From an uncultured Acidimicrobiaceae bacterium (GTDB taxonomy: Bacteria > Actinomycetota > Acidimicrobiia > Spongiisociales > UBA5794), in contig CAZPAV010000002.1 of assembly GCA_964584755.1 (NCBI GenBank), positions 45,338 to 109,337 of the forward strand: DNA of 64,000 nt. Direction: 5' to 3'. Position numbers and translations under genes: made by a program. The stretch's first letter is position 1. Each line of letters starts with the position of its first letter. Shown here one piece after another: positions 1-8,955 of the stretch. The notes beneath the pieces were generated by a model, which was not told the DNA's origin, did not search any database, and was given only the letters and a program-made list of their open reading frames with translations.

Positions 1-841
1 GGCCCCCGGCGGCGAGGATGGCGAGCGCGCCCTCCTGGGGATGGATCGTGATCTCCTTCCACTGCTCGGCGTCGAGGCGACCGGGGTAGTTGAGGACCGC
101 CGGGGAGACGGCCACCTTCCCGATGTCGTGGAGAACGGCGCCGACGCCGGCGGGGATCAGGACGTCCCGATCGACGCCGACCATCCGGCCCATGGCGAGC
201 GAGAGGATGCACACGTTGACCGAGTGGAAGAAGGTGTACTCGTCGTGGCTCCTCACCGTGGAGAGGAGGAGCACCGCCCCCGGATGCGCCACGGCGTGCT
301 CGAAGAGGCCCTCGACGGCGGTGACCACCGTGCCGAGCTCGAAGGCGCCCCGTGTGGCGATGGCTCCGGTCACCTTCCGCACCGCGTCGAGGACGTGGCC
401 GTACGACGCCCGGAGGCGGTTCGCCGGGGTGGTGGCGAGGTCCAGATCGAACGCCATCGCCTCGTTGAGCCGGATCGTGCCGTCGGCGGGGAGGTCACCG
501 GAGCAGCCGCCGACGAACGCCCCGAGATCGAAGAGGTCCGCGGCGGACACCGGGTGGGTGAAGGTGAGGGACTCGATGCCGCGGCGCTCCATCTCCTGGA
601 GGAGGCCCCGATACTCGAGCGACGTGTGCGGGACGATGTCCCGGTCCCGAAAGAACGCCTCCTGGTGGATGGTGAGCACGACCTCGGCGTCGGCGCCGAG
701 GAGCCGCCCCGTGGCCTGCAGCGCCGCGGCGACGGCCTCCTCGGTCACGGGATGTCCCTCGGGGTACAGGCCGACCTGGCAGGAGAGCCGGCGGAGCGCC
801 GCGAGGAAGCCCGCGACTCGCTCCTCTGCCGGCCTCCTCAT
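1..841 (-). CDS. HD-GYP-like HD-domain phosphohydrolase; N-terminal ~280 aa visible, C-terminus runs off the window start
   Basis: Reverse translation gives MRRPAEERVAGFLAAL... through FHSVNVCILSLAMGRMVGVDRDVLIPAGVGAVLHDIGKVAVSPAVLNYPGRLDAEQWKEITIHPQEG, matching the HD-GYP pattern (H..V, LHDIGK, KPG.L, I.HP..G). ATG at 839-841(c) overlaps the TGA of the upstream HEAT gene (ATGA). No stop within the window. Confidence 0.7.
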   Translation of the reverse strand, partial: MRRPAEERVAGFLAALRRLSCQVGLYPEGHPVTEEAVAAALQATGRLLGADAEVVLTIHQEAFFRDRDIVPHTSLEYRGLLQEMERRGIESLTFTHPVSAADLFDLGAFVGGCSGDLPADGTIRLNEAMAFDLDLATTPANRLRASYGHVLDAVRKVTGAIATRGAFELGTVVTAVEGLFEHAVAHPGAVLLLSTVRSHDEYTFFHSVNVCILSLAMGRMVGVDRDVLIPAGVGAVLHDIGKVAVSPAVLNYPGRLDAEQWKEITIHPQEGALAILAAGG

Positions 842-2823
842 CCCTCCCACTCCGCGAGCGTGGTGCGGGCGGCCCGACGCAAGGCTCGGGCGCGCCGCCC
901 GAGGACGAGCCGGCGTCGGGCGAGCCGGCGCAGGAGGGCGGCACCCACCGGCCCCTCGAGAACGCCGAGGACGTGCACCACCTCGACGGCCGTGTCGAGC
1001 GGCATCCTCCCCGAGGCGAGTGCCTCGGAGGCGAGCCGGTCGACGTCGTCGAGCTCGGAGCCGCGCAGCAACCGGACCGCCGCCCGGCGCACCTGCTCGT
1101 GCTCGTCGGAGAGCCCCCGCACGACGTACCCGGTCGCCGCGGATCGCGAGAGGCGCACGAGGGCGCGCAGACACTCGGTGCGCACCCGGTGGTCGGCGTG
1201 TCCGAGGACCGTCCGGACCGCGCCCACCGCGTCCGCGTTCCCGGTGCGACCCAGCGCCAGGACGAGGTTCCGCACCAGGTACCACCGCGGGTCGCCGAGA
1301 TGGATCGCCACGTCCGCGGTCCTCCCCCGGGCCGCGATGGCGAGCAGGTCGACGAGCCACCGCCGCTTCGACCGATCCTCCTCCTCGGCGAGTCGACCGA
1401 CGAGGCGCTCGACGCCCACCCGTCCCAGCAACGCGAGGATCTCGGCGACGGACTCCGGCTCGGCCTCCTCGAGCCCGGCGAGTCGTTGCAGGAAGTCCTC
1501 GGTGACCATGCGCTCCAGGGCCCCGGTGACGGCCTCGACGCGGGAGAGCGGGTACGGCGGGTCGCGCAGGATCCCGCCGAGGAGTCGTGCCGCCGCCGCC
1601 GGGTCGTCCCGTCGCAGGTGACGGGAGATCCGACCCGTCCAGACGCGCACCACCCGGCGGAAGCGATCGTCGCGTCGCTCGCACCCCAGCAGGGCGCGCA
1701 GGATCGTCAGCTCCGCGGCGGCGTCGTCCACCGGGACCTCCATCTCGAGCCGGAGGGCGTCGAGCTCGTCGTCCCGGCTCCCGCGCCGCGCCGCGTCGAG
1801 CACGGCGGCGACCCGTTCGGCGACCGCCCGCCGTGCCTCCTCCACCTCGGCCGCCGACCGCAACCCGGCGAGGAGGTCGAGCGGATGGCCTCCGCTCCGG
1901 TCGGCCGAGGCCTCGACGGCGTAGCCGAGCAACGCCTCCTGCGCGGACGGGGGGAGGTCGCCGGCGAGGTCGACGAGGTCGTTCCCCGAGAACTGGTCGA
2001 GGAACACCTGGTGGGACGGGAGGGAGAGGTCCTCGAGGACCCGGTGCAGGATCTCCACCTGGAGCCACCGCGGGAGGTGGAAGAAGGACTCGATGAAGGA
2101 CCGCACCGTACGGTACGGGTCGTCGACGGGCAGCCGGATGCCCGCCAGCAACGGCGGTCCTGGCCGGGACAGGCTCGTCTCGATACGATCGTGGAGCTCG
2201 TGGAACGCCTCGAGGAAGGCCACCACCGACGCCGTACCCCGCTCCCGCGCCACGAGCGCGGCGATCTCCACGGGCGCGGCGCCGCGGAGCGCGATGCGGG
2301 CCGCCTCGGGGAGACCCTCCGGCTCCAGCGCCGCCGTCTCCACGGGAACGGCGGCGATCCCCGCGGCGTCCGGGTCGAGGTTGAGGAGCCCCCGCTGGCG
2401 CACCCGGATCCCCACGCCGGCGGCCCCCACGAGACGCGCCGCGATCCCGCTCGCCGCCGTCACCTCGTCGTCGTCGTCGGCGGCGAGCACGGCGAAGAAC
2501 GCGTCGAGCCCGTCGGGCGACGTCTCCGCCACGAGCTCGATGGTCTCGACGTCGTGGAGGAAGAGCCGCCGTGCCAGCCGCTCGGTTCCGTCGCGCTCGG
2601 GGAGGACCTCCTCGCCGTCGATGAAGAACGTCCCGGGTCCCACCCCGATGACCGGGAGCTCTCCGACGGCCGCCTCGAGGGTCGCCACGGCCCGGAGGAA
2701 GGGAGGCTGACGGCGCGGATCGGGGTAGAGCCGGTACGTCGACCAGGCCGCCCCGAGGGCGTCGAGGACCCGGACCGCCCGCTGTCGGGTCGTGTCGAGG
2801 GCGCGGATGGGAGTCATGGTCAC
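838..2823 (-). CDS. HEAT-repeat protein (PBS-lyase HEAT-like repeats)
   Basis: Listed 661-aa ORF; the C-terminal third carries repeated HEAT-like units (RVRTECLRALVRL, DEHEQVRRAAVRLL, NADAVGAVRTVLGHADHRVR). GTG start at 2821-2823(c) overlaps the LuxR gene TGA (GTGA); its own TGA overlaps the HD-GYP ATG. Confidence 0.6.
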   Translation of the reverse strand: MTMTPIRALDTTRQRAVRVLDALGAAWSTYRLYPDPRRQPPFLRAVATLEAAVGELPVIGVGPGTFFIDGEEVLPERDGTERLARRLFLHDVETIELVAETSPDGLDAFFAVLAADDDDEVTAASGIAARLVGAAGVGIRVRQRGLLNLDPDAAGIAAVPVETAALEPEGLPEAARIALRGAAPVEIAALVARERGTASVVAFLEAFHELHDRIETSLSRPGPPLLAGIRLPVDDPYRTVRSFIESFFHLPRWLQVEILHRVLEDLSLPSHQVFLDQFSGNDLVDLAGDLPPSAQEALLGYAVEASADRSGGHPLDLLAGLRSAAEVEEARRAVAERVAAVLDAARRGSRDDELDALRLEMEVPVDDAAAELTILRALLGCERRDDRFRRVVRVWTGRISRHLRRDDPAAAARLLGGILRDPPYPLSRVEAVTGALERMVTEDFLQRLAGLEEAEPESVAEILALLGRVGVERLVGRLAEEEDRSKRRWLVDLLAIAARGRTADVAIHLGDPRWYLVRNLVLALGRTGNADAVGAVRTVLGHADHRVRTECLRALVRLSRSAATGYVVRGLSDEHEQVRRAAVRLLRGSELDDVDRLASEALASGRMPLDTAVEVVHVLGVLEGPVGAALLRRLARRRLVLGRRARALRRAARTTLAEWEG

Positions 2824-3470
2824 CCCAGCGAGATGAGGTTCTCCCGGACGGCGTACAGCACCGCCTCGTTCCGGGAGTGGAGGCCGAGCTTGTCCAGGAT
2901 GTTCCGGATGTGGTTCTTGACGGTGTTCTCGGAGATGTACAGCTCCTCACCGATCTCGCGGCTCGTCCGTCCGTCGGCGACGAGCTGGAGGACCTCGAGC
3001 TCCCTCCCGGTGAGCGTCGGCTTCCGTGACTGCAGGAGCTCCTGATGGCGGAGGAGCTGCCGGCACCCGTCGAAGAGCTTGCCGGCCATCTGCGGGGAGA
3101 TGACCGCCCCGCCTCGTCCCACCGCCTCGATGGACTCGACGAGGGTCGGGAAGGGCATGTCCTTGACGATGTAGCCGCGGGCACCCGCCCTGATGGCGGC
3201 GAGGAGGTCCTCCTCGGACTCCGAGCCGGTGAGGAGCACGACCTGCACCCCGGGCACCACCGCGGTGATCTTCTCCACGACGTCGAGCCCGGAGAGTCCG
3301 GGCATGAGCACGTCGAGGAGGACGATCTCGGGCCGGGTCTCCTCGGCGACGGCGACGGCGGCCTCGGCACCGTCCGCCTCCCCCACCACCTCGAACCCTG
3401 CCTCCCGGAGGGCCGAGGTCAGGCCTGCCCGGAACAGCGGTACATCGTCGACGACCAGCAGTCTCTTCAT
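2820..3470 (-). CDS. NarL/FixJ-family (LuxR-type HTH) response regulator
   Basis: MKRLLVVDDVPLFRAGL...VLLDVLMPGLSG...VLLTGSE...GYIVKD receiver with DD, phospho-acceptor D, T and K all present. C-terminal LuxR HTH (LTGRELEVLQLVADGRTSREIGEELYISENTVKNHIRNILDKLG). True ATG at 3468-3470(c); the listed 3545 start is an in-frame extension into hpf. Confidence 0.85.
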   Translation of the reverse strand: MKRLLVVDDVPLFRAGLTSALREAGFEVVGEADGAEAAVAVAEETRPEIVLLDVLMPGLSGLDVVEKITAVVPGVQVVLLTGSESEEDLLAAIRAGARGYIVKDMPFPTLVESIEAVGRGGAVISPQMAGKLFDGCRQLLRHQELLQSRKPTLTGRELEVLQLVADGRTSREIGEELYISENTVKNHIRNILDKLGLHSRNEAVLYAVRENLISLG

Positions 3471-3471
3471 G

Positions 3472-4023
3472 TCACTCCGGTTCGATGAGCCCGAGATCTC
3501 CGTCCCGCCGGTGGTACAGCACGCAGTGCTTCCCCGAATCGGCATCGAGGAAGAAGAAGAAGTCGTGGCCCAACATCTCCATCTGCAGCGCGGCCTCCTC
3601 CGACGTCATCGGCTTCATGGCGAACCGTTTCGTCCTCACGATGGCGGTCCCCCGATCCCGTTCTTCTTCGACCGCCTCTCTCCCCGCATTGAGACCTTTG
3701 TCCGCACCGCGCAGCCGGTTCCGGTCGACGAGGCGCTGCTTCAGGCGGCGGAGCTGCCGCCCGTACTTCTCGGTCGCGGCATCGAGGGCGGCCCGCACGT
3801 CGAAGGCGGCCACCGCCACGCGCACGACGTGCCCCGCGGCACGGCCGGTGATCTCCACCTCGTAGCGAGCGTCGGTCTGTCGAGGGTTCGGGCTCTCGCT
3901 GAACTCGACGTCGACGTCACCGCCGCCGTCGAAGAAACGGGCGGCCCGCCCGACCTTCTCCTCGGCGAGGGCCTTGAGCTCGTCACTGAGCGGGACGTTC
4001 CGTCCATGCACGCGCACGGTCAC
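3472..4023 (-). CDS. hpf: Ribosome hibernation promoting factor, long form (HPF/RaiA)
   Basis: VRVHGRNVPLSDELKALAEEKVGRAARFF...YEVEITGRAAGHVVRVA core plus C-terminal dimerisation domain (KPMTSEEAALQMEMLGHDFFFFLDADSGKHCVLYHRRDGDLGLIE). GTG start preceded by AAAGGAG Shine-Dalgarno. Stop lies 1 nt from the LuxR start. Confidence 0.9.
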   Translation of the reverse strand: MTVRVHGRNVPLSDELKALAEEKVGRAARFFDGGGDVDVEFSESPNPRQTDARYEVEITGRAAGHVVRVAVAAFDVRAALDAATEKYGRQLRRLKQRLVDRNRLRGADKGLNAGREAVEEERDRGTAIVRTKRFAMKPMTSEEAALQMEMLGHDFFFFLDADSGKHCVLYHRRDGDLGLIEPE

Positions 4024-4050
4024 GGTGGCTCCTTTCGTACGGGGGACTCG

Positions 4051-4069
4051 GGACGGCGTCGCGCCGTCC
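4051..4069 (-). promoter_or_regulatory. Perfect 8-bp inverted repeat (GGACGGCG-tcg-CGCCGTCC) between comF-like and hpf: candidate terminator/attenuator or operator
   Basis: Seen directly in the sequence; located 30-50 nt upstream of the hpf Shine-Dalgarno (AAAGGAG) and GTG start on the transcribed strand. Confidence 0.4.
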
Positions 4070-4137
4070 GTGGGGGGAGCGTCCGGGCACGGCCGGGCTC
4101 GATCTCCGCTGCTGCGCCCGCCCGACCGGCGTTCGCG

Positions 4138-4734
4138 TCACTCGACCTCCCGGACTCGACCGGAGGGGATCGCTCCACCGTCCATGCTACCCCGCGCGGT
4201 GGCGGTGAGCGCGCGGATCGGCCGGCAGGCGAGGGCCCGGAACGCCGCCTCGAGCGACCCGCCGGTCGTGACGACGTCGTCGAGGAGGACCGCTCCGGGA
4301 CCGCACGCGCCCCGTACCCGGAAGCGCAGCGCGGCACGGGCCGACCGTGAGCGGCCGGCCTGCCGCGGCCACCACGGGGGCACGTCGAGGAGCCGCGCCA
4401 CCGGGAGTCCCGATCGCCGCGACAGGGCCCGGGCGATCTCCACCGCCGGGTCGGTCCCGTACCGGATCCGCCGCGCCCACACCCGCGGCAACGGAACGAG
4501 GACGCGGGCGTCCTCCCCGAGCAGCGGGAGCAGCGCGGCCCCGAGGAGGTCGGCCGCGGCGAGGACCCCCCGGTACTTGAGGAGATGGACGAGGCGCCGG
4601 GGGACGCCGTCGTGGGGAAAGGCGGAGCGCACGGAGAGCGCGCCGACCCGGCGCTCCCGCGCCCCGCCCCGCAGGGCGGCGCGGCACCGGGGACACGGCG
4701 ACGGTCCGGGACGCAGGCATACGAGACAGGCCAT
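4138..4734 (-). CDS. ComF-family protein (double zinc ribbon plus phosphoribosyltransferase domain)
   Basis: N-terminal CLVCLRPGPSPCPRC zinc ribbon and C-terminal PRTase motif VLLDDVVTTGGSLEAA. The position next to hpf mirrors the mycobacterial Rv3242c-hpf arrangement. Confidence 0.8.
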   Translation of the reverse strand: MACLVCLRPGPSPCPRCRAALRGGARERRVGALSVRSAFPHDGVPRRLVHLLKYRGVLAAADLLGAALLPLLGEDARVLVPLPRVWARRIRYGTDPAVEIARALSRRSGLPVARLLDVPPWWPRQAGRSRSARAALRFRVRGACGPGAVLLDDVVTTGGSLEAAFRALACRPIRALTATARGSMDGGAIPSGRVREVE

Positions 4735-4858
4735 GCCGCCACCGTACGGGGCGGACCCGACGGATTCGCGGCCAGGAGAGTCCTCGTAACCACTCTCCGT
4801 GCCTGCACGACGACCGACTGTGGTCTACAGTGGGGTCAGGCAGACGAGGAGGGAGCAC

Positions 4859-6706
4859 ATGACACTCGACGTCACCGCGGCGCGCGAGCGCGACCGCCGA
4901 CGGCGACTCCGCCGTATCGCGTTCGTCCTCACCCTCCTCGCCGGGTGGCTCTGGTTCCGGATCCTCACCGGCAACCCGGTGCACCTCGGCCTCCCCGCGC
5001 TCTCTCCCGACGCCGTCATCTGGCTCCCCGGGATCCTCCTCATCCTCCTCCTCGGGCTCGTCCTGGCGGTCCCTCTCCTCGGCAACGGGCGCTCGCCGCA
5101 CACGATCTACCTCCCCGAGCAGATCGAGGTGGGCTTCGCCGACGTGCGCGGCATGAGCGGCATCCTCGGGGAGGTCCGGCACACCCTGGAGGTCTTCCTC
5201 AACCACCGCCGCTTCCGCGTGGAGATGGGCGGGATCCCCCGGCGGGGCGTCCTCTTCGAGGGACCCCCGGGGACGGGGAAGACGCATCTCGCCAAGGCCA
5301 TGGCGAAGGAGGCGGGCGTCCCGTTCCTCTACGTCTCCTCGACCGCGTTCCAGACGATGTGGTACGGCGCCACGGCTCGCAAGATCCGCTCCTACTTCCG
5401 GCAGCTCCGCAAGGTGGCGCGCCGCGAGGGTGGTGCGATCGGCTTCATCGAGGAGATCGACGCCATCGGGGGCAGCCGCGGCGGCGTGCACGCCGCGACC
5501 ACCGGCGATCGCGGGCTCGCCTGGACCACGGCGCCGTCCATCTCCCACGACGCCGGGGGGGTCGTCAACGAGCTCCTCATCCAGATGCAGAGCTTCGACG
5601 AGCCCACCCGCGGCGAGCGTCTCTACAACGCCCTCGTCCGCTCGGTGAACCGCTACCTCCCACCCGGCCGCCGCCTCAAGGCCCGCCGGACGGCGTTCGC
5701 CAACGTCCTGCTCATCGGCGCCACGAACCGGGCCGACGCCCTCGATCCGGCGCTGCTGCGCCCCGGGCGATTCGACCGCATCCTCAGCTTCGGTCTCCCC
5801 GGCCGGCGGGACCGGCGGGAGCTCGTCGACTACTTCCTCGCCCGCCGGTCCCACGACCCGGCCCTCGACTCGGGGCGGGAACGGGACGGCCTCGCCGCCG
5901 CGACGATGGGGTACACGCCCGCCTCTCTCGAGCGCCTCTTCGACGAGGCCCTCCTCGTCGCGCTCCGGGAGGGCCGGGACGCCCTCACGCTCGCCAACCT
6001 GCGTCGGGCCCAGATGGAGGTGGAGATCGGCCTCCCCCACCCCGTGGAGTACACCGAGTCCGAGCGGCGACGCATCGCCACCCACGAGGCCGGCCACGCC
6101 ACGGTGGCGCACGTCGCCGGGATCGGCCGCCGCCTCGAGGTGCTCTCCATCGTCAAGCGCCGCGACTCCCTCGGTCTCCTCGCCCACCGGGATGCCGAGG
6201 AGCGCTTCACCCACACCGAGACGGAGCTGCACGCCCTCCTCCAGATCGCGATGGGTGGCCTGGTCGCCGAGGAGCTCTTCTTCGGGGAGGCGAGCACCGG
6301 CCCCGCGGGGGACCTCACCGCGGCGACGGCACTCGCCGCGGACATCGTGGGGAGCTACGGCCTGGGCGGGTCGCTCGTGTCCTTCCGGGCCCTGGATCCC
6401 GGTGTCGTCGGCGGGAACCTCGTGGCGAAGGTCCTCGCCGACACGAGGGCCCGCGAGGTGGTCGACCGCCTCCTCGACGACGCCCGCCGCGAGGCGACGC
6501 GCCTCCTCTCCGAGAACCGTCACCTCGTCGCCGCCCTCCGGGACGCTCTCCTCGCCCAGGAGGAGCTCCTCGGAGACGAGATCCTCGAGGTGCTTCGGGA
6601 GGCCGAGGCACGCCGCATCGCGCGCCTCGATCACGTTCTCGTGGACCTCCGTCAGGAGCGCCGTCCCCGCGCCGGGCGCATCGACATCATGCCGGTCGAG
6701 GAGTGA
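4859..6706 (+). CDS. FtsH-like AAA+ ATP-dependent zinc metalloprotease paralog (membrane-anchored)
   Basis: N-terminal TM helices, Walker A GPPGTGKTHLAKA, Walker B GFIEEIDAIGG, GATNRADALDPALLRPGRFDR, M41 zinc motif HEAGHA. ATG at 4859 preceded by GAGGAGGGA Shine-Dalgarno; the upstream part of the listed ORF is rejected. Confidence 0.8.
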   Translation: MTLDVTAARERDRRRRLRRIAFVLTLLAGWLWFRILTGNPVHLGLPALSPDAVIWLPGILLILLLGLVLAVPLLGNGRSPHTIYLPEQIEVGFADVRGMSGILGEVRHTLEVFLNHRRFRVEMGGIPRRGVLFEGPPGTGKTHLAKAMAKEAGVPFLYVSSTAFQTMWYGATARKIRSYFRQLRKVARREGGAIGFIEEIDAIGGSRGGVHAATTGDRGLAWTTAPSISHDAGGVVNELLIQMQSFDEPTRGERLYNALVRSVNRYLPPGRRLKARRTAFANVLLIGATNRADALDPALLRPGRFDRILSFGLPGRRDRRELVDYFLARRSHDPALDSGRERDGLAAATMGYTPASLERLFDEALLVALREGRDALTLANLRRAQMEVEIGLPHPVEYTESERRRIATHEAGHATVAHVAGIGRRLEVLSIVKRRDSLGLLAHRDAEERFTHTETELHALLQIAMGGLVAEELFFGEASTGPAGDLTAATALAADIVGSYGLGGSLVSFRALDPGVVGGNLVAKVLADTRAREVVDRLLDDARREATRLLSENRHLVAALRDALLAQEELLGDEILEVLREAEARRIARLDHVLVDLRQERRPRAGRIDIMPVEE

Positions 6707-6716
6707 GCCGGCCCGT

Positions 6717-7964
6717 TCAGGTCCCCTCGCGCCAGCTGTGCAGGTAGCGCTGCTGCTCCTCGGTGAGGATCTCGAGGCCTCCGCCCATGGCGGCGAGCTT
6801 GAGTCGGGCGACCTCCTCGTCGAGCTCCCGCGGCAGGACGTAGACGTCCGGCTCGAGATCGGGCCCGTTGGCGACGAGCCACTCGGCGGCGAGCGCCTGA
6901 TCCGAGAAGGACATGTCCATGACGTCGGCGGGATGCCCCTCGGCGGCCCCGAGGTTCACGAGCCGTCCCTGGGCGACGACGAGGAGCCGGCGCCCGTCGG
7001 GGAGGCGGTACTCCTCGAGGTGCTCCCGAAGGCGGCGGCGATGCTCGGCGAGGCGGTCGAGCGCGGCGAGGTCCACCTCGACGTCGAAGTGTCCGGCGTT
7101 GGCGAGGATGGCACCGTCCTTCATCCGGAGGAAGTGCTCCTCCCGGAGCACGTGGAGGTCCCCGGTGGCGGTGATGAAGATGTCGCCCTCGGCGGCGGCG
7201 TCGAGGGCGGTGAGGACTCGATACCCCTCCATCGCCGCCGACACCGCCCGGATGGGGTCGACCTCGACGACGACGACGTTGGCGCCGAGACCCGAGGCCC
7301 GGCGGGCGATCCCCCAGCCGCAGTCCCCGTACCCCACGACCACGACCGTCCGGCCCGCGAAGAGGACGTTCGCGGCGCGCAGGATGCCGTCGAGGGAGGA
7401 CTGGCCGGTGCCGTGCCGGTTGTCGAAGAGGTGTTTGGTCGCCGAGTCGTTCACCGCCACGACGGGGAACCGCAGCACCCCGTCCTCGGCCATGGCGCGC
7501 AGGCGAACGACGCCGGTGGTGGTCTCCTCCATACCCCCGAGGATCTCCTGGTCCCGCCGTTCCCGATGGAGGACGGTCGTCGTGTCGGCGCCGTCGTCGA
7601 AGACGAGGTGGGGCTCGGTGTCGAGGATGGCGTGGATGTGACGGTAGAACGTGTCGGCGTCCTCGCCGCGTCGCGCGAAGACGGGGATGCCCTGGGCGAC
7701 GAGCGCCGCGGCGACGTCGTCCTGGGTCGAGAGCGGGTTCGAGGCGGAGAGCGCCACGGTGGCACCGCCCGCCACGAGCGTCGTCATGAGGTTGGCGGTC
7801 TCCGTCGTCACGTGCATGCAGGCGGCGATCCGGATGCCGGCGAGCGGGCGCTCCCGGGAGAAGCGCTCCCGGATCGCGGCGAGGACCGGCATGCGGCGCT
7901 CCGCCCATTCGATCCGGAGGAGACCCTCCGCGGCGAGCTCCGGGTCGGCGATGTCGTGGTTCAC
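6717..7964 (-). CDS. ahcY: S-adenosyl-L-homocysteine hydrolase
   Basis: 415 aa from a GTG start (VNHDIADPELAAEGLLRIEWAERRMPVL...) with the NAD-binding VVVVGYGDCGWGIARRASGLGANVVVVEVDPIRA and GHFDVEVD motifs. GTG overlaps the upstream SIS gene TGA (GTGA), and GAGGAGGGA sits 6 nt upstream. The N-terminal 376 aa of the listed ORF are a frame artefact. Confidence 0.9.
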   Translation of the reverse strand: MNHDIADPELAAEGLLRIEWAERRMPVLAAIRERFSRERPLAGIRIAACMHVTTETANLMTTLVAGGATVALSASNPLSTQDDVAAALVAQGIPVFARRGEDADTFYRHIHAILDTEPHLVFDDGADTTTVLHRERRDQEILGGMEETTTGVVRLRAMAEDGVLRFPVVAVNDSATKHLFDNRHGTGQSSLDGILRAANVLFAGRTVVVVGYGDCGWGIARRASGLGANVVVVEVDPIRAVSAAMEGYRVLTALDAAAEGDIFITATGDLHVLREEHFLRMKDGAILANAGHFDVEVDLAALDRLAEHRRRLREHLEEYRLPDGRRLLVVAQGRLVNLGAAEGHPADVMDMSFSDQALAAEWLVANGPDLEPDVYVLPRELDEEVARLKLAAMGGGLEILTEEQQRYLHSWREGT

Positions 7965-8950
7965 GGGTGTTCCCTCCTCAGGGTCTCCTTGAAGCGTTCC
8001 AGGACCGGAACCGGCGTCGGGTCGACACCGGTTCGCTCGGCGAGCGCCACCGAGGCGACGTCGCCCACGAGGGCCAGGGTGAGGAACCGGGCGAGAGGTC
8101 CCTCCCCGCTCGACCACGCCGCGCCGAGCTGCGGCACGTCGCCACGGAGGATCTCGGCGGTGAGCTCGAGGCGGCGCGCGACGCGCGGGTGGTCGTGACG
8201 ATCCCGGAGGAACACGACCCCGACACAGGAGGCGACCCCACCTAGACGCCACCCCTGGATCTCGTTGTGGTCGGCCTCGGGCAGCTCGGCGGCGTAGGCG
8301 GGCGCCTTCGCGTTCTCGTTGAGCTGCGTCTTCCAGCGGTACGCGGCGAGCGATCCCACCGGCCGACCCCCGTACACGACGGCGATCCGCCCCGCGAGGG
8401 CCTCGGCGAGATCCCGACCGAGCGCCACCGCCGGCCCGTCGCCGCCCCCGAGGCTGCGCTCCGTCTCCCGTGCCGCCTCGCCGAGCGCCCCGGCGACGTC
8501 CCCGACGAGCCCCGCGCCCTCGAGGAGACGGAGCACGGCGGCCACCTGGAAGCCGAGCGCGGCCCGGGGCTGGAAACCGCCGGGAACGACGATCGCCGGG
8601 AGGCGGCACGACTCGGCGACGGCACCGATGCGCCCGCCCGAGGTGACCGCGGCGACCGGCAGTCCCCGATCGACGGCCTCCTCGAACCCGGAGAGGGTCT
8701 CCTCGGTGTTCCCCGAGTAGGACACGGCGATGACGAGGGCACCGGCGTCGGCGGCCCACCCGGGGAGCCCGTAGTCGCGGTGGACCACGACCGGGCGCGG
8801 TCCCGCGGCGAGGAGGGAGCCGGCCGCGGCCGCCATCGCCGAGCCCCCCATCCCGAGGAGGACGACCGGTCGATCGTCGGGGAGCGACGGGACGGTCAGA
8901 CGCTCCCCCCACGCGAGCTGCTCGGGAAGTGCGAGGACGCGCTCGAGCAT
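7961..8950 (-). CDS. SIS-domain bifunctional phosphoglucose/phosphomannose isomerase-like protein
   Basis: MLERVLALPEQLAWGERL...VVLLGMGGSAMAAAAGS...VIAVSYSGNTEETL is typical of the PGI/PMI SIS family and sits between manB and ahcY as in mycobacteria. Start chosen at the ATG giving MLERVL (complement 8948-8950); the upstream extension is Arg/Gly-rich. Confidence 0.75.
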   Translation of the reverse strand: MLERVLALPEQLAWGERLTVPSLPDDRPVVLLGMGGSAMAAAAGSLLAAGPRPVVVHRDYGLPGWAADAGALVIAVSYSGNTEETLSGFEEAVDRGLPVAAVTSGGRIGAVAESCRLPAIVVPGGFQPRAALGFQVAAVLRLLEGAGLVGDVAGALGEAARETERSLGGGDGPAVALGRDLAEALAGRIAVVYGGRPVGSLAAYRWKTQLNENAKAPAYAAELPEADHNEIQGWRLGGVASCVGVVFLRDRHDHPRVARRLELTAEILRGDVPQLGAAWSSGEGPLARFLTLALVGDVASVALAERTGVDPTPVPVLERFKETLRREHP

Positions 8951-8955
8951 GTCGT

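Noticed and set aside
41-1621. 526-aa and 471-aa plus-strand ORFs (41-1621, 90-1505) and the 690-aa ORF at 973-3045
   Set aside because: Arg/Glu/Gly/Asp-rich, low-complexity translations lying antisense to the HD-GYP and HEAT-repeat genes, which have recognisable motifs on the minus strand. A typical high-GC antisense artefact.
4187-6634. 815-aa minus-strand ORF and the 720-aa plus-strand ORF at 4585-6747
   Set aside because: Antisense or alternate frame of the FtsH-like gene; Pro/Arg/Gly-rich with no motifs. The FtsH-like frame (4859-6706) carries Walker A/B and HEAGHA.
6192-8198. 668-aa plus ORF, 418-aa and 242-aa ORFs overlapping ahcY
   Set aside because: Alternate frames of ahcY and the SIS gene; Arg/Ser/Pro-rich.
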